A stretch of DNA of 49,299 bases from assembly GCA_034433965.1 (NCBI GenBank), contig DAOTZZ010000053.1, forward strand, positions 1 through 49,299, read 5' to 3'. Each line of letters begins with the position of its first letter. Position 1 is the first letter of the stretch. The position numbers and the translations under genes were made by a program. Shown piece after piece: positions 35,305-44,289 of the stretch. The notes under the pieces were generated by a model. The model worked only from the letters and a program-made list of their open reading frames with translations, was not told the origin of the DNA and ran no database searches. The DNA is from Anaerolineae bacterium. GTDB lineage: Bacteria; Chloroflexota; Anaerolineae; Aggregatilineales; Aggregatilineaceae.

Positions 35305-36669
35305 ATGGCTCACCGCCACTCTCTGCGCACCTTTTACCTGCTTATCGTCACCCAGACCTTTTCCCTGATCGGCAGTGAAATGACCTCGCTGGCGGTCAGC
35401 ATCTGGGTCTACAAAGAGTCCGGCGATGTCACGCCACTGACGCTGGCCGCTTTCTTCGCCGCTGTGCCCCGTCTGATCACGCCCAGCTTCGCCGGCGTGC
35501 TGGCCGACCGTTGGGATCGCCGCCATGTGATGATCCTGGCGGACGCCGGGCAGGCGGTGGGCACGTTCCTGCTCATGCTCAGTTTCCTGTCCGGCGCGTT
35601 CCAGTTGTGGCATCTGTATCTGGTCTCGGCGCTGCAGGCTGCCTTCTCCATGTTCCAGGGGCCGGCGTTCTCGGCCTCGGTGACCATGCTCGTGCCGGAC
35701 AATCACCGCGACCGTGCCAACGCCGTGCAGCAGATGCGCGGGGCGGCGGCGGGCCTGGTCGCCCCCACGCTGGCCGGAGCGCTTTTCGCCCTGGTGGATG
35801 CGCCGGGCGTGATGGCGATTGACCTGTTCACGTTTGCGGTGGCGATTGTCGTGGTGGGGCTGGTGCGTATTCCCCGCCCGCCGCAGTCGGCAGAAGGGCG
35901 CGCCACGCAGGGCAGCCTGTGGCGCGAGGCGTCGGTCGGCTTCCGCTATCTGTGGCGGCGTCGCCCCTTGTTCTTGCTGGTGTTCACGGCGACCGCGGTC
36001 AACTTCTTCTTCGCCGTGATCGGCGTGTTGATGACGCCCTACATCCTCAGCCGGACGGGCAGCGAAGCCACGCTGGGCGTGCTGCTCAGCCTGTTCAGCG
36101 CGGGCGCGCTGGTGGGTGGCCTGATCATGAGCACCTGGGGTGGCACACGCCCGCGTACCCGCACCATCTTCCCCGGTGTTCTCTTCGCCGGGCTGATGTT
36201 CGCCGGGCTGGGCGTGGCCCGCTCGCCGGTCGCGCTGGGGGTGATCGCCTTCGCCATGATGATCCCCCTGCCCATCGTCAACGCTGCTTTCGACGCCATC
36301 CTGCAGATCAAAGTCCCACCCGACCTGCAGGGCCGCGTCTTCGCCGCGGTGATGCAACTGTCCATGCTGCTCATGCCCGTGGCGTATCTGCTGTCTGGTG
36401 TGCTGGCCGACGGCGTCTTCGAGCCAGCGGTGCGCAGTGAAGGCTGGACGCTGGTTGCGCCGCTGGTGGGGGAACAGGCTGGATCGGGCATCGGACTGAT
36501 GACGGTAATGGCCGGGCTGCTGGTGATGTTCATCACCATCGTCGCGTACCTCAGACCAGACGTGCGCCGTATAGAAGCGATCTTGCCGGATTACGTGGCG
36601 GTGCCTGACGAACTATCCGCAGTCTCACCAGTCGGCGAGCACTCACCCGTGCCAGAGGGATCGGCCTGA
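35305..36669 (+). CDS. MFS transporter
   Basis: ATG 35305 (MAHRHSLRTFYLLIV...). About 12 TM segments. The motif GVLADRWDRRHVM is typical of MFS loop 2-3. Confidence 0.85.
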   Translation: MAHRHSLRTFYLLIVTQTFSLIGSEMTSLAVSIWVYKESGDVTPLTLAAFFAAVPRLITPSFAGVLADRWDRRHVMILADAGQAVGTFLLMLSFLSGAFQLWHLYLVSALQAAFSMFQGPAFSASVTMLVPDNHRDRANAVQQMRGAAAGLVAPTLAGALFALVDAPGVMAIDLFTFAVAIVVVGLVRIPRPPQSAEGRATQGSLWREASVGFRYLWRRRPLFLLVFTATAVNFFFAVIGVLMTPYILSRTGSEATLGVLLSLFSAGALVGGLIMSTWGGTRPRTRTIFPGVLFAGLMFAGLGVARSPVALGVIAFAMMIPLPIVNAAFDAILQIKVPPDLQGRVFAAVMQLSMLLMPVAYLLSGVLADGVFEPAVRSEGWTLVAPLVGEQAGSGIGLMTVMAGLLVMFITIVAYLRPDVRRIEAILPDYVAVPDELSAVSPVGEHSPVPEGSA

Positions 36670-36686
36670 GTGGTGCCCGTTGGCGT

Positions 36687-37970
36687 TCACGCCTGCGCCG
36701 GAGCCGGGCGGCAGTAGCGCAGCAGCACCAGCAATGCGCCGCCCAGGGCGGCCAGAGCCGCCGCAAAAGCAGCTTCGTAGCCGAAGCTCTGCACCAGACT
36801 CCCACCCAGCAGCGGCGCGATCAGCAGGCCAGCCGCCGAGAGCGTGTTGAACAGTCCGGCGTAGACGGGGCGCTGTTCCGGCGAGGCGTAGACGATGACC
36901 CAGTTGAGGAAGCTGATACCCAGGCTACCGGCGGCGACCCCACCGCTCAGAAAAGCCAGATAGAGCGGCCCTGGCCCCAGGGCGCTGGCAAGCAGGGCCA
37001 GCAGGGGTTGCGCGCAGGCAAAGACCAGTGCGATGCGGGTGAAGCGCATAGTACGGTCGTGCCCGTAGCGCGAGAAGACCAGCGCTCCGGCCACGCTGCC
37101 CAGCGTCTGCATCAGCAGCAGGCGGCTGACAGCCACATCGCTCGACAGCCCCAACTTCTCCGTGGCCAGACCAATGTAGAACGGCGCGGCCATGGTCGCC
37201 AGGGTGGTCAGCAGGCGGGCGCTCACCACGGCGCGGAAGGGCAGGTCGCGGCGCAGCACCGTCATCAGCCCTGGCAGAAACTCGCGCAGGGGCGGGATCG
37301 TCTCCAGCGGTTTGGCAGAGGGCAGCTCGCGGATGGGCAGGATGGGCGGCAGCGTCAGCAGAAACAGCACGCCGGAGACCGCGAACAGCAGGGCGTAGTT
37401 GTTGGGGAAATCCGGCCCTCCCTCGCCGAGAATGTAACCGGCCAGTGGAGCCAGACCCAGGATGGTGATGCCCACGGCGGCGTTGCCCAGCCCGAACAGC
37501 CGCGCGCGTCGCCGGTCGTCCAGGCTGCTGCCGACCAGGTCCATCCAGGGCACGCCCACCAGCCCGTCGCCCAGCGCGGCCAGCCCGTAGAAGATCAGAA
37601 AGGCGACCAGGATCGCGCCGGGGCGTTCTGGGCCGAGCAGCACGATCACCCAGCTGAAGATCAGAATCAGGGTGCGCACAGGGATATTCGGCCCCACAAA
37701 CCACCACTTTTTGTGAGCGACGCGCACCAGTCGCCGCGCCACCAGCAACTGCGGCAGCAGCCAGCCGATCTCGAACATCTGGCTGGAGATGGCGATGAGA
37801 ATCTCCGAGTCGGTGAGCTTGCGCACGAAGTCGGGGATGACCGTCGTCGGGCCGATCAGGTTGAGCGCGATGGAGAAGATGGTGTAATCGGCCAGGAAGA
37901 AGATGAAATTGCGGCGGTAGATACGCTCGCGTTCCTCCGCCGTCAGGGGTGGGGCTGCCGGGTTGACCAT
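36687..37970 (-). CDS. MFS transporter
   Basis: 427 aa with about 12 hydrophobic segments. Convergent with the preceding MFS gene. Confidence 0.8.
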   Translation of the reverse strand: MVNPAAPPLTAEERERIYRRNFIFFLADYTIFSIALNLIGPTTVIPDFVRKLTDSEILIAISSQMFEIGWLLPQLLVARRLVRVAHKKWWFVGPNIPVRTLILIFSWVIVLLGPERPGAILVAFLIFYGLAALGDGLVGVPWMDLVGSSLDDRRRARLFGLGNAAVGITILGLAPLAGYILGEGGPDFPNNYALLFAVSGVLFLLTLPPILPIRELPSAKPLETIPPLREFLPGLMTVLRRDLPFRAVVSARLLTTLATMAAPFYIGLATEKLGLSSDVAVSRLLLMQTLGSVAGALVFSRYGHDRTMRFTRIALVFACAQPLLALLASALGPGPLYLAFLSGGVAAGSLGISFLNWVIVYASPEQRPVYAGLFNTLSAAGLLIAPLLGGSLVQSFGYEAAFAAALAALGGALLVLLRYCRPAPAQA

Positions 37971-38193
37971 AGCTGGCTCGTCCTGGAGATGGGTGGCAAC
38001 ACTCCGCTATTCTATGCGAAGGGCGCGGCGCTGTCCAGCGTGCGTGCTGCGGCGGGTGTATTCGAGAGTTTTGGGGCAGTAGTCTTGAGCCGCCGAGGGC
38101 AAAGAGGGAGGAGATAGAGGGCCTCTAATGTGCTTCTCTGCGGTCTCGGCGTCTCCGCCCCAGAGACCAGATCAACCGCCGGGCGGGGCGAGC

Positions 38194-38232
38194 CTCGAAA
38201 GAAAAGCCCCCTCATGGGGGGCGAGGGGGCTT
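38194..38232 (-). terminator. intrinsic terminator of the BMP-family gene
   Basis: Perfect 10-bp stem AAGCCCCCTC / GAGGGGGCTT (38204-38213 / 38223-38232). It is followed on the minus strand by TTTCTTTCGA. The hairpin lies 29 nt past the stop. Confidence 0.7.
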
Positions 38233-38260
38233 GTAGCTATGCGGTTGTCAACGGCAGGCG

Positions 38261-39328
38261 TTATTCGGCGCTTTCGCCGTAGCCGGTCTTGATCGTGCCG
38301 TCGAGCAGGCCCTTGGTGATCTCCTCCAGTTCGGCCTTGACTTCGTCGGGTACGTAGTCGGCCAGATCATGGAAGTCGGCCAGGGCGGCTTCGCCGAAGA
38401 AGTTGCCCGGCTCCAGCGTGCCGTCCACGTAGGCCATGATGATATCCGCCACGCCCTTGTCCAGCAGCTTCATCGCGCTCGACACCAGGCAGGGATGCGC
38501 TTCGGGGACGGTGTTCCACTGATCGGTGTCCACGCCGATGCAGAACGGCGGCGGGCCATCGGGGCCAACGGCGTTGGCGACCTCGATCAGGCCACCGTTG
38601 CCTGTCTTGCCGCCCGCGGCAAAGATCACGTCGGCGTTCTGGTCGAGCGCCTGACGGGCCGTGGTCGCGCCCCATTCGGGGTCGGTGAAGGCCTGGTCAA
38701 TTGCGCCGGGGTGATAGGTGGAGATGATCTTGATATCCGGGTTGACGTAGCGCGCGCCCGCCTCATAGCCTTCCTTGAAGGCCACCACGGGCGGCACCTG
38801 GTCGGTGCCCAGCACGGCGGCGATGGTGCCGGTCTTGGTCAGCCGCGCCGCCAGCACGCCCGCCAGGAAGCCGGACTGATCTTCGTGGAATACCAGACCG
38901 ACCACGTTGTCCACCGGCTCAACCTGGAACTGATCCACGCCGATGAACAGCACATCCGGATAGAGCTTGGCAGCTTCCAGGGTGGCCGGACCCAGCGCAA
39001 AGCCGACGGTGACGATGATGTCGTAGTCGGCTTCGGCGAACTCGGCAATGTTGTCAGCATAGTCTGCGGCGTTCTGAGTCTCAATGTAGTTCACCGTCGC
39101 GCCGCAGGCTTCGGCTGCCAGCACGCCTTCCCACGAGCTTTGGTTGAAGCTCTTGTCGTCAATTTCTCCCACGTCTGTCACCAGGCCGATGCGCAGGTCG
39201 CTGAGATCGTACTCGTCGCAGGGGATGAGTTCCTTCACCGTGAACTCCTCGCCCTCCTGCGCGACGGCAACCTGAGCCGCCATCAGCACGAGCACCACCA
39301 CCAGCAGTGACGTCAGCAGTCGCTTCAT
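38261..39328 (-). CDS. BMP-family (PnrA-like) ABC transporter substrate-binding protein
   Basis: Signal peptide MKRLLTSLLVVVLVLMAAQVAVA. LVTDVGEIDDKSFNQSSWEG is a hallmark of Bmp/PnrA proteins. AAGGAG SD present. No cognate permease or ATPase gene is adjacent. Confidence 0.85.
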   Translation of the reverse strand: MKRLLTSLLVVVLVLMAAQVAVAQEGEEFTVKELIPCDEYDLSDLRIGLVTDVGEIDDKSFNQSSWEGVLAAEACGATVNYIETQNAADYADNIAEFAEADYDIIVTVGFALGPATLEAAKLYPDVLFIGVDQFQVEPVDNVVGLVFHEDQSGFLAGVLAARLTKTGTIAAVLGTDQVPPVVAFKEGYEAGARYVNPDIKIISTYHPGAIDQAFTDPEWGATTARQALDQNADVIFAAGGKTGNGGLIEVANAVGPDGPPPFCIGVDTDQWNTVPEAHPCLVSSAMKLLDKGVADIIMAYVDGTLEPGNFFGEAALADFHDLADYVPDEVKAELEEITKGLLDGTIKTGYGESAE

Positions 39329-39512
39329 AGCAGGTAATCTCCTTGTAACTCTCTAGGCGAAATACACGGTCCGCAGACCGTTTTTAAGTATAGCGGATTT
39401 CGTGCAGTTTGCGAAAAGCGCAGTATGTGCAGATAGGCCAAATCTTTATACACCCTGTCCCCTGCCGACGGATGTGACGACCGCCCGACAGGCCCAGGCG
39501 ACCGGCAGACCA

Positions 39513-39541
39513 CCAGGGGGCTTGTCGTTCAAGCCCCCTGG
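39513..39541 (-). terminator. strong hairpin downstream of ino1 (no U-tract; terminator or processing site uncertain)
   Basis: CCAGGGGGCTTG-TCGTT-CAAGCCCCCTGG forms a 12-bp perfect stem. It lies 20 nt past the ino1 stop. Confidence 0.35.
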
Positions 39542-39560
39542 CAGCGGGCGCGGCGCAGCG

Positions 39561-40715
39561 CTACTCGTCTGCGTGTGGGTTATGGGGTACGGAGGGGCTG
39601 TCGCTGCCCTTCCAGCCCGCGGGCGGTTTGACCGTGCGGTTGTTCTCGCCGCGGATGAACGCCTCCACGCTGTTGCGGGCGATGTCGTCGGGCATCTGCA
39701 CCGGCGGAGACTTCATGAAGTAGGCCGCGGGCGCTTCCAGTGTGCCGCTCAGACCACGATCCAGCCCAATCTTGGCGCAGCGCACCGCGTCAATGATCAC
39801 GCCGGCGCTGTTGGGGCTATCCCACACCTCCAGCTTGCACTCGATGGAGAGCGGCACGTCGCCGAAGGCCGAACCCTCCAGGCGAATGTACGCCCATTTG
39901 CGATCCCTGAGCCAGGGGACGTAGTCGCTGGGGCCGATGTAGACGTTCTCCGGATCGATTTCGTAGGGCAGTTGGCTGGTGACGGCGTTGGTCTTGGAGA
40001 TCTTCTTGCTCTCCAGACGCTCGCGCTCCAGCATGTTGAAGAAGTCCATGTTGCCGCCCACATTGAGCTGACTGGTGCGTTCCAGGCGCAGCCCGCGATC
40101 GTTGAACAGATTGGTCAGCACGCGGTGCAGGATCGTCGCGCCGACCTGGGACTTGATGTCGTCGCCGATGAGTGGCAGGCCGCGCTCGGCAAAACGCTGC
40201 TGCCAGTAGGGTTCGCGGGCGATGAAGACCGGAATGGCGTTGACGAAGGCGCAACCTGCGTTGAGCACCTGCTCCACATACCATTTGGTGGCCTGCTCGC
40301 TGCCCACCGGCAGGTAGTTGACCACCACGTCGGTGCCGGTGTCTTTGAGAATCTGCACGATGTCGGCGGTGGGGCCGGGGGCCTTGGTGATCTTCTGCTT
40401 GAGATATTTGCCCAGGCCATCGTGCGTCATGCCGCGATGCACAGGGACGCCCAGGCGCGGCACATCGGCGAACTTGATGGTGTTGTTCTGCCCGCTCCAG
40501 ATGGCCTCGCTGAGGTCTTTGCCCACCTTTTCCACGTCAATATCGAAGGCGGCGCTGAACTCGATGTCGCGCACGTGATAGCCGCCCAGCACCACGTGCA
40601 TCAGACCAGGGACGTGCTGATCCGGATGCGCGTCGCGGTAGTAGTGCACGCCCTGGACCAGCGAGTTGGCGCAGTTGCCCACGCCGATAATGGCGACACG
40701 AACCTTATCGGACAC
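39561..40715 (-). CDS. ino1: inositol-3-phosphate synthase (myo-inositol-1-phosphate synthase)
   Basis: 384 aa. N-terminal Rossmann [18 protein letters not shown]. Collinear with bacterial/archaeal MIPS ([12 protein letters not shown]..., [14 protein letters not shown]). GTG start preceded by AGGAGG. Confidence 0.88.
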   Translation of the reverse strand: MSDKVRVAIIGVGNCANSLVQGVHYYRDAHPDQHVPGLMHVVLGGYHVRDIEFSAAFDIDVEKVGKDLSEAIWSGQNNTIKFADVPRLGVPVHRGMTHDGLGKYLKQKITKAPGPTADIVQILKDTGTDVVVNYLPVGSEQATKWYVEQVLNAGCAFVNAIPVFIAREPYWQQRFAERGLPLIGDDIKSQVGATILHRVLTNLFNDRGLRLERTSQLNVGGNMDFFNMLERERLESKKISKTNAVTSQLPYEIDPENVYIGPSDYVPWLRDRKWAYIRLEGSAFGDVPLSIECKLEVWDSPNSAGVIIDAVRCAKIGLDRGLSGTLEAPAAYFMKSPPVQMPDDIARNSVEAFIRGENNRTVKPPAGWKGSDSPSVPHNPHADE

Positions 40716-40974
40716 AGAAACCTCCTATGTTCCTGAATGGATTGATCACGGCCCGCCCAGGGAGGGCAGGCGCAGGCTGGCACATATGGACGTTGCGCTG
40801 TCCCTCGCCGGCACGCGAGGTGACGAGCCGTCCACTCAAGCGCCAAAGTGTACCCTTAGCGGCGTCAAATGCCCAATTTCGAGCACAGATCAAGACTTAC
40901 GAAGTCGTGCAGACCTCGGGGGTCTTGTTCCGGTCGGGCTGAGGACAGAGGAAAAGAAGACCTGAGCCGCCCAA

Positions 40975-41131
40975 GGGCGCGTTATGCACTCTTTCGCCCT
41001 CCTGTGCTGCGGGTGAAGGAGAGCGCCTGTACGAGAGACAGCAAATCCCCTCGCCCTGCGACGCAATCGCGAGGGAGAGGGGATTTAGGGGTGAGGGAAA
41101 GACACTCCCCGAAAGTTCATGACAGCCTCTA
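40975..41131 (-). repeat. ~157-bp TIR-bounded palindromic repeat element, copy A (sense orientation on the minus strand)
   Basis: The minus strand begins TAGAGGCTGTCATGAACTTTCGG and ends GAAAGAGTGCATAACGCGCCC. An internal 10-bp perfect stem AAATCCCCTC/GAGGGGATTT encloses GCGA-TTGCG-TCGC. Over its terminal and core modules it is near-identical to copy B at 44119. Its first three bases form the stop codon of 41129..42745. Confidence 0.75.
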
Positions 41132-42745
41132 TGGCACGCCCGTCATACGCCAGGTGCCGCCCAGGCAATCGCCGCGAATATCCTGCTCGAAGAACGAGAT
41201 GCTCTCGTTGTAGAGCGTGGTCAGGCGGTGTTCGCCGGGGCCAGGGAAGTACTGATTGTCCTGCACGTAGCCTCCGGCGATATAGGTGTAGTTGCTGGTC
41301 AGCTCGAACTCCGGCGTGATGGCCCACCCCAGCGCGCTCTTCAGTTCGGGACGATTGCGCCACAGCTTGCCGAAGCCGCGCCGCGGCTGATACGTCCCTT
41401 CCGGCGGCACCAGCGACGGGTCAATCTCCGGCTCGCCTTCCACGAAGGTGTCGTTGTAGCAGAACCAGTCACCGCCCGGCGCGTCCGGCGGCACGTTGAC
41501 CATCACCCAGATTTGCCGCGTATGGCGAATCCAGAACATGCGCCCGTGCTCGAAAACCTGCTCGGCGATCTGCACCTGCGCCACGGTATTGGTAGGGAAG
41601 ATCTCCGGGCGCGGGGTAGCGGAGGCGGGCAGCGGCGTAGGCGTGATGGTGGGCGTGGGGGTGGGGGTGGGCAGCGCCGGGGCCAGCGTCACGGCCTTGC
41701 TGAGAGGTACTTCTACCAGCAGGGCCGCGTTGAGCGGCGGCACCCAGCGGAACGCGCCGACGACCGGCGTGCCTGCCACGTCGTTGTATGTGCCGGTGCC
41801 GTTCTCTCCGGCCAGCGCCCGTGCGATGCCAGCACTATCCAGGCGTGGTAGGGCGCTCAGTTCCGCCGGAGCCAGCGCTGTGTGCGTGGCCCCGGAGACC
41901 AGGTAATCGGTCGCTTCCAGGGTAACGCCCAGCAGAGACGCCAGGCGGCCCTCGAATTCCGTGGGGGCGGCGAACAGCGCGGCCAGGGTATTCAGGTCAA
42001 CCAGGCCCGCCAGCACACCGACGGTCTGACCGCTGTCGGCGAAGATGGGGCGGGTGACGATCATCACCAATTCGCCGCTGCTCGCGCCGAGCGCAGGCGG
42101 TTGTGTGAGCGGTCCCTGCAGGCTGGCGCGAAAATAAGGCTGATCGGCGACGCTGGCGAGCGCCGGAGCACCCTCGGTAGAGGCCAGCACGCGCCCCTCT
42201 ATGTCGTAGACGAACAGCGCGCGGAAGCGATCCTGTCCCGCCAGCAGCGAGGGCAACAGGCTGGTCAGCGCTGCGCTATCTGCCGTCGCCAGCTCGTTGG
42301 CGGTGAGCATCACTTCGAGCGTCACCTGGTTTTCGCCCAGCCAGCGGGTGATGGCCTGCGCCCGCTCGTCGGCGACGGCGTTCAGGGCGGCCAGCACACC
42401 GGGCATGGTCTGGCCCAGGGCTTCGGCAGTGGCTGTTGCCAGGGGAGCAGCGGTGGCGGTGAGCGCCTGATTGAAGGCGGCGTCTACCGTGGCGACGAAG
42501 GCGGCGGTCAGAGTGGGAGCCAAGAGCGTCGCCGCTTCGGCGGTCTGCGTCATGCCCAGTTGCTGCTGGACGGCGGCGGTCTGCGTGAAGCGCTCGGCAA
42601 TGATGGCATCTATAGTCTGTTGTTGCTGCGTGGGATCGATCTGCGCCCCAGGCCCGTTTTCCCAGGCGAAGGGGACAGCGCCCAGCGCCAACACGCTCGC
42701 CAGAATCAACAGGGCCGGTAGGCCGATCGTGCGTCGTCTGCTCAT
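41129..42745 (-). CDS. secreted/membrane-anchored protein with Cache-like sensor region, Pro/Thr linker and uncharacterised C-terminal domain
   Basis: ATG 42745 (AGGAAGG SD). Signal/anchor MSRRRTIGLPALLILASVLALGA. The central segment (FVYDIEGRVLAST...PYF...VMIVTRPIF...GVLAGLVDLNTL) resembles a Cache fold. The linker is PTPTPTPTITPTP. The C-terminal ~150 aa match nothing I recognise. Confidence 0.55.
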   Translation of the reverse strand: MSRRRTIGLPALLILASVLALGAVPFAWENGPGAQIDPTQQQQTIDAIIAERFTQTAAVQQQLGMTQTAEAATLLAPTLTAAFVATVDAAFNQALTATAAPLATATAEALGQTMPGVLAALNAVADERAQAITRWLGENQVTLEVMLTANELATADSAALTSLLPSLLAGQDRFRALFVYDIEGRVLASTEGAPALASVADQPYFRASLQGPLTQPPALGASSGELVMIVTRPIFADSGQTVGVLAGLVDLNTLAALFAAPTEFEGRLASLLGVTLEATDYLVSGATHTALAPAELSALPRLDSAGIARALAGENGTGTYNDVAGTPVVGAFRWVPPLNAALLVEVPLSKAVTLAPALPTPTPTPTITPTPLPASATPRPEIFPTNTVAQVQIAEQVFEHGRMFWIRHTRQIWVMVNVPPDAPGGDWFCYNDTFVEGEPEIDPSLVPPEGTYQPRRGFGKLWRNRPELKSALGWAITPEFELTSNYTYIAGGYVQDNQYFPGPGEHRLTTLYNESISFFEQDIRGDCLGGTWRMTGVP

Positions 42746-42797
42746 AGGCTGCCTTCCTGTCGCTCGGTTTCTCACCAGGTTATACGGGAATCGCCCA

Positions 42798-44069
42798 TCA
42801 GGACACCACTGTCCGCGCCAGTTGCTGAATGCTGCGGGCGAAGGCGCTGTCCGGTTTGGTGCTCACCAGGGGCACGCCACGCCGCACAGCGATCGGTTGC
42901 CCTGGCTCATAAGGCACGTCCACCGAAATGGGGCGTTTGAGCGCTTTCTGGATCGCGTCGGCGGGCACATCGAAGGTAGGCCGCACATGGTTGAGCACCA
43001 CGCGGATACGCCCCATCTCTACCCCCATGCCGGCCAGCACGCCCAGCAACTGACTGGTGGACTGCACAGCGGCGGGATCATCGGTCATCACCACCACCAC
43101 CGAACTGGAGACCTGCAGCGCGCCTTTCGTCGCTGGATCGAGTTGGCGGCTGTCCACCACCACGGGGGCATAGGTCGCCGTGAGAGCGCGCAGCACGCTG
43201 TGAGTGGCGGGGGTGGAGAGCGTCTCATCCAGTGGGCGCGACGGCGCGGCCAGCACTGCCAGGCCGGAGGCAGTATGCGGTGTGAGCAGGCCGGGCAACT
43301 CCGCGACGGCGGGCGTGTCGCCCTGGGCCAGCAGGTCTTGCCACGAATGCTGAGGCTTGAGGTGCAGGTAGAGCGCCACATGCCCGCCCGCAACGCTGAA
43401 ATCGGCCAGGCACACGCGCCGGGCATCACCTGCCAGCGCGGCGGCCAGGTTGATGGCGATGGTGGTACACCCCGTGCCCCCACGCAGACTGATCACCGTG
43501 GTGACGGGCAGGCGCGGCGGCGGTTTGGGGGACGTGCGGGTGGTTTCAGCGGTGCTCGTCGGTTGCGCGGCAGCACCGGACGCAGGCGGAGTCGGTGTCT
43601 GGCGCGGCGGGGTCAGCGGGCCTGTGGCCGGGCGACCTGCCGGGCGGCCCAGCCGCGAGGGGATGGGTTCGGTGAGCAGGCCAGTGTGCACGCGGTAATT
43701 GACGCCCGCTCGAATCACCGCTTCCACGCGCTCGGTCAATTCGTGCGCCGTGACCGGCTTGGACATGAAGGCGTTGGCTCCCGCCTCCAGCGCCATTTCT
43801 TTGTCCATGGGCTGACTGCGCGCGGTCAGAATGAGGATGGGGATGCGCGCGGTGCGTGGGTCCTGGCGCATCTTGCGCACCACATCATACCCGCTGAGGC
43901 CAGGCATCATCACATCAATGATGGCCAGGTCGGGTTGGTGCTCGGCGGCCATCTGAATACCCTGCATCCCCTCCTTGGCCGTTTCGACCTGATGCCCGAC
44001 GCGCTCCAGCATCAGCTTGACCATCTGCAGCAGGTTGACATCGTCATCAATGACCAGTATGCGAGACAT
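42798..44069 (-). CDS. response-regulator receiver fused to ParA/MinD (TadZ/CpaE-like) domain with degenerate Walker A
   Basis: The REC domain is canonical (ILVIDDD, IIDVMMPGLSG, ILILTA, FMSKP). A Pro/Thr-rich linker follows. The P-loop position reads SLRGGTGCTT instead of KGGxGK[ST]T. Confidence 0.75.
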   Translation of the reverse strand: MSRILVIDDDVNLLQMVKLMLERVGHQVETAKEGMQGIQMAAEHQPDLAIIDVMMPGLSGYDVVRKMRQDPRTARIPILILTARSQPMDKEMALEAGANAFMSKPVTAHELTERVEAVIRAGVNYRVHTGLLTEPIPSRLGRPAGRPATGPLTPPRQTPTPPASGAAAQPTSTAETTRTSPKPPPRLPVTTVISLRGGTGCTTIAINLAAALAGDARRVCLADFSVAGGHVALYLHLKPQHSWQDLLAQGDTPAVAELPGLLTPHTASGLAVLAAPSRPLDETLSTPATHSVLRALTATYAPVVVDSRQLDPATKGALQVSSSVVVVMTDDPAAVQSTSQLLGVLAGMGVEMGRIRVVLNHVRPTFDVPADAIQKALKRPISVDVPYEPGQPIAVRRGVPLVSTKPDSAFARSIQQLARTVVS

Positions 44070-44118
44070 GGATGAGTCCTTGAGTCCTTCATGAACGAAC
44101 GCACTGCTAAAAAACGCC

Positions 44119-44289
44119 TAGAGCGTGTTATGCATTTTTTCGCCCTCACCCCCCGGCCCCTTCGCCCGCCACGGGCGAAAGGGAGCACTCGTGCGAGAGA
44201 CAGCAAGTCCTCTTGCCTCGCGACACCGTCGCGAGGGGGGATTTAGGGGTGAGGGAAAGACTCTCCGCGAAAGTTCATAACAACCTCTA
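44119..44289 (-). repeat. ~171-bp TIR-bounded palindromic repeat element, copy B
   Basis: The minus strand begins TAGAGGTTGTTATGAACTTTCGCGG and ends AAAAAATGCATAACACGCTCTA. The termini are inverted repeats (TAGAGGTTGTTATGAA versus TAGAGCGTGTTATGCA). Internal stem CCTCGCGAC-GGT-GTCGCGAGG. Its first three bases form the stop codon of 44287..44814. Confidence 0.75.

Noticed and set aside
35008-36357. 449-aa ORF antisense to the MFS transporter
   Set aside because: It is extremely Arg/Gly/His/Gln-rich. The opposite strand encodes a canonical 12-TM MFS protein.
40975-44289. Integron attC sites / gene cassettes
   Set aside because: The elements sit at ORF 3' ends and are imperfect palindromes with GTTATG-like termini. 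However, GTTATGC does not fit the GTTRRRY core. The elements are longer than typical attC sites. Two ORFs lie between them. Neighbouring genes lack them. No intI or attI is visible.
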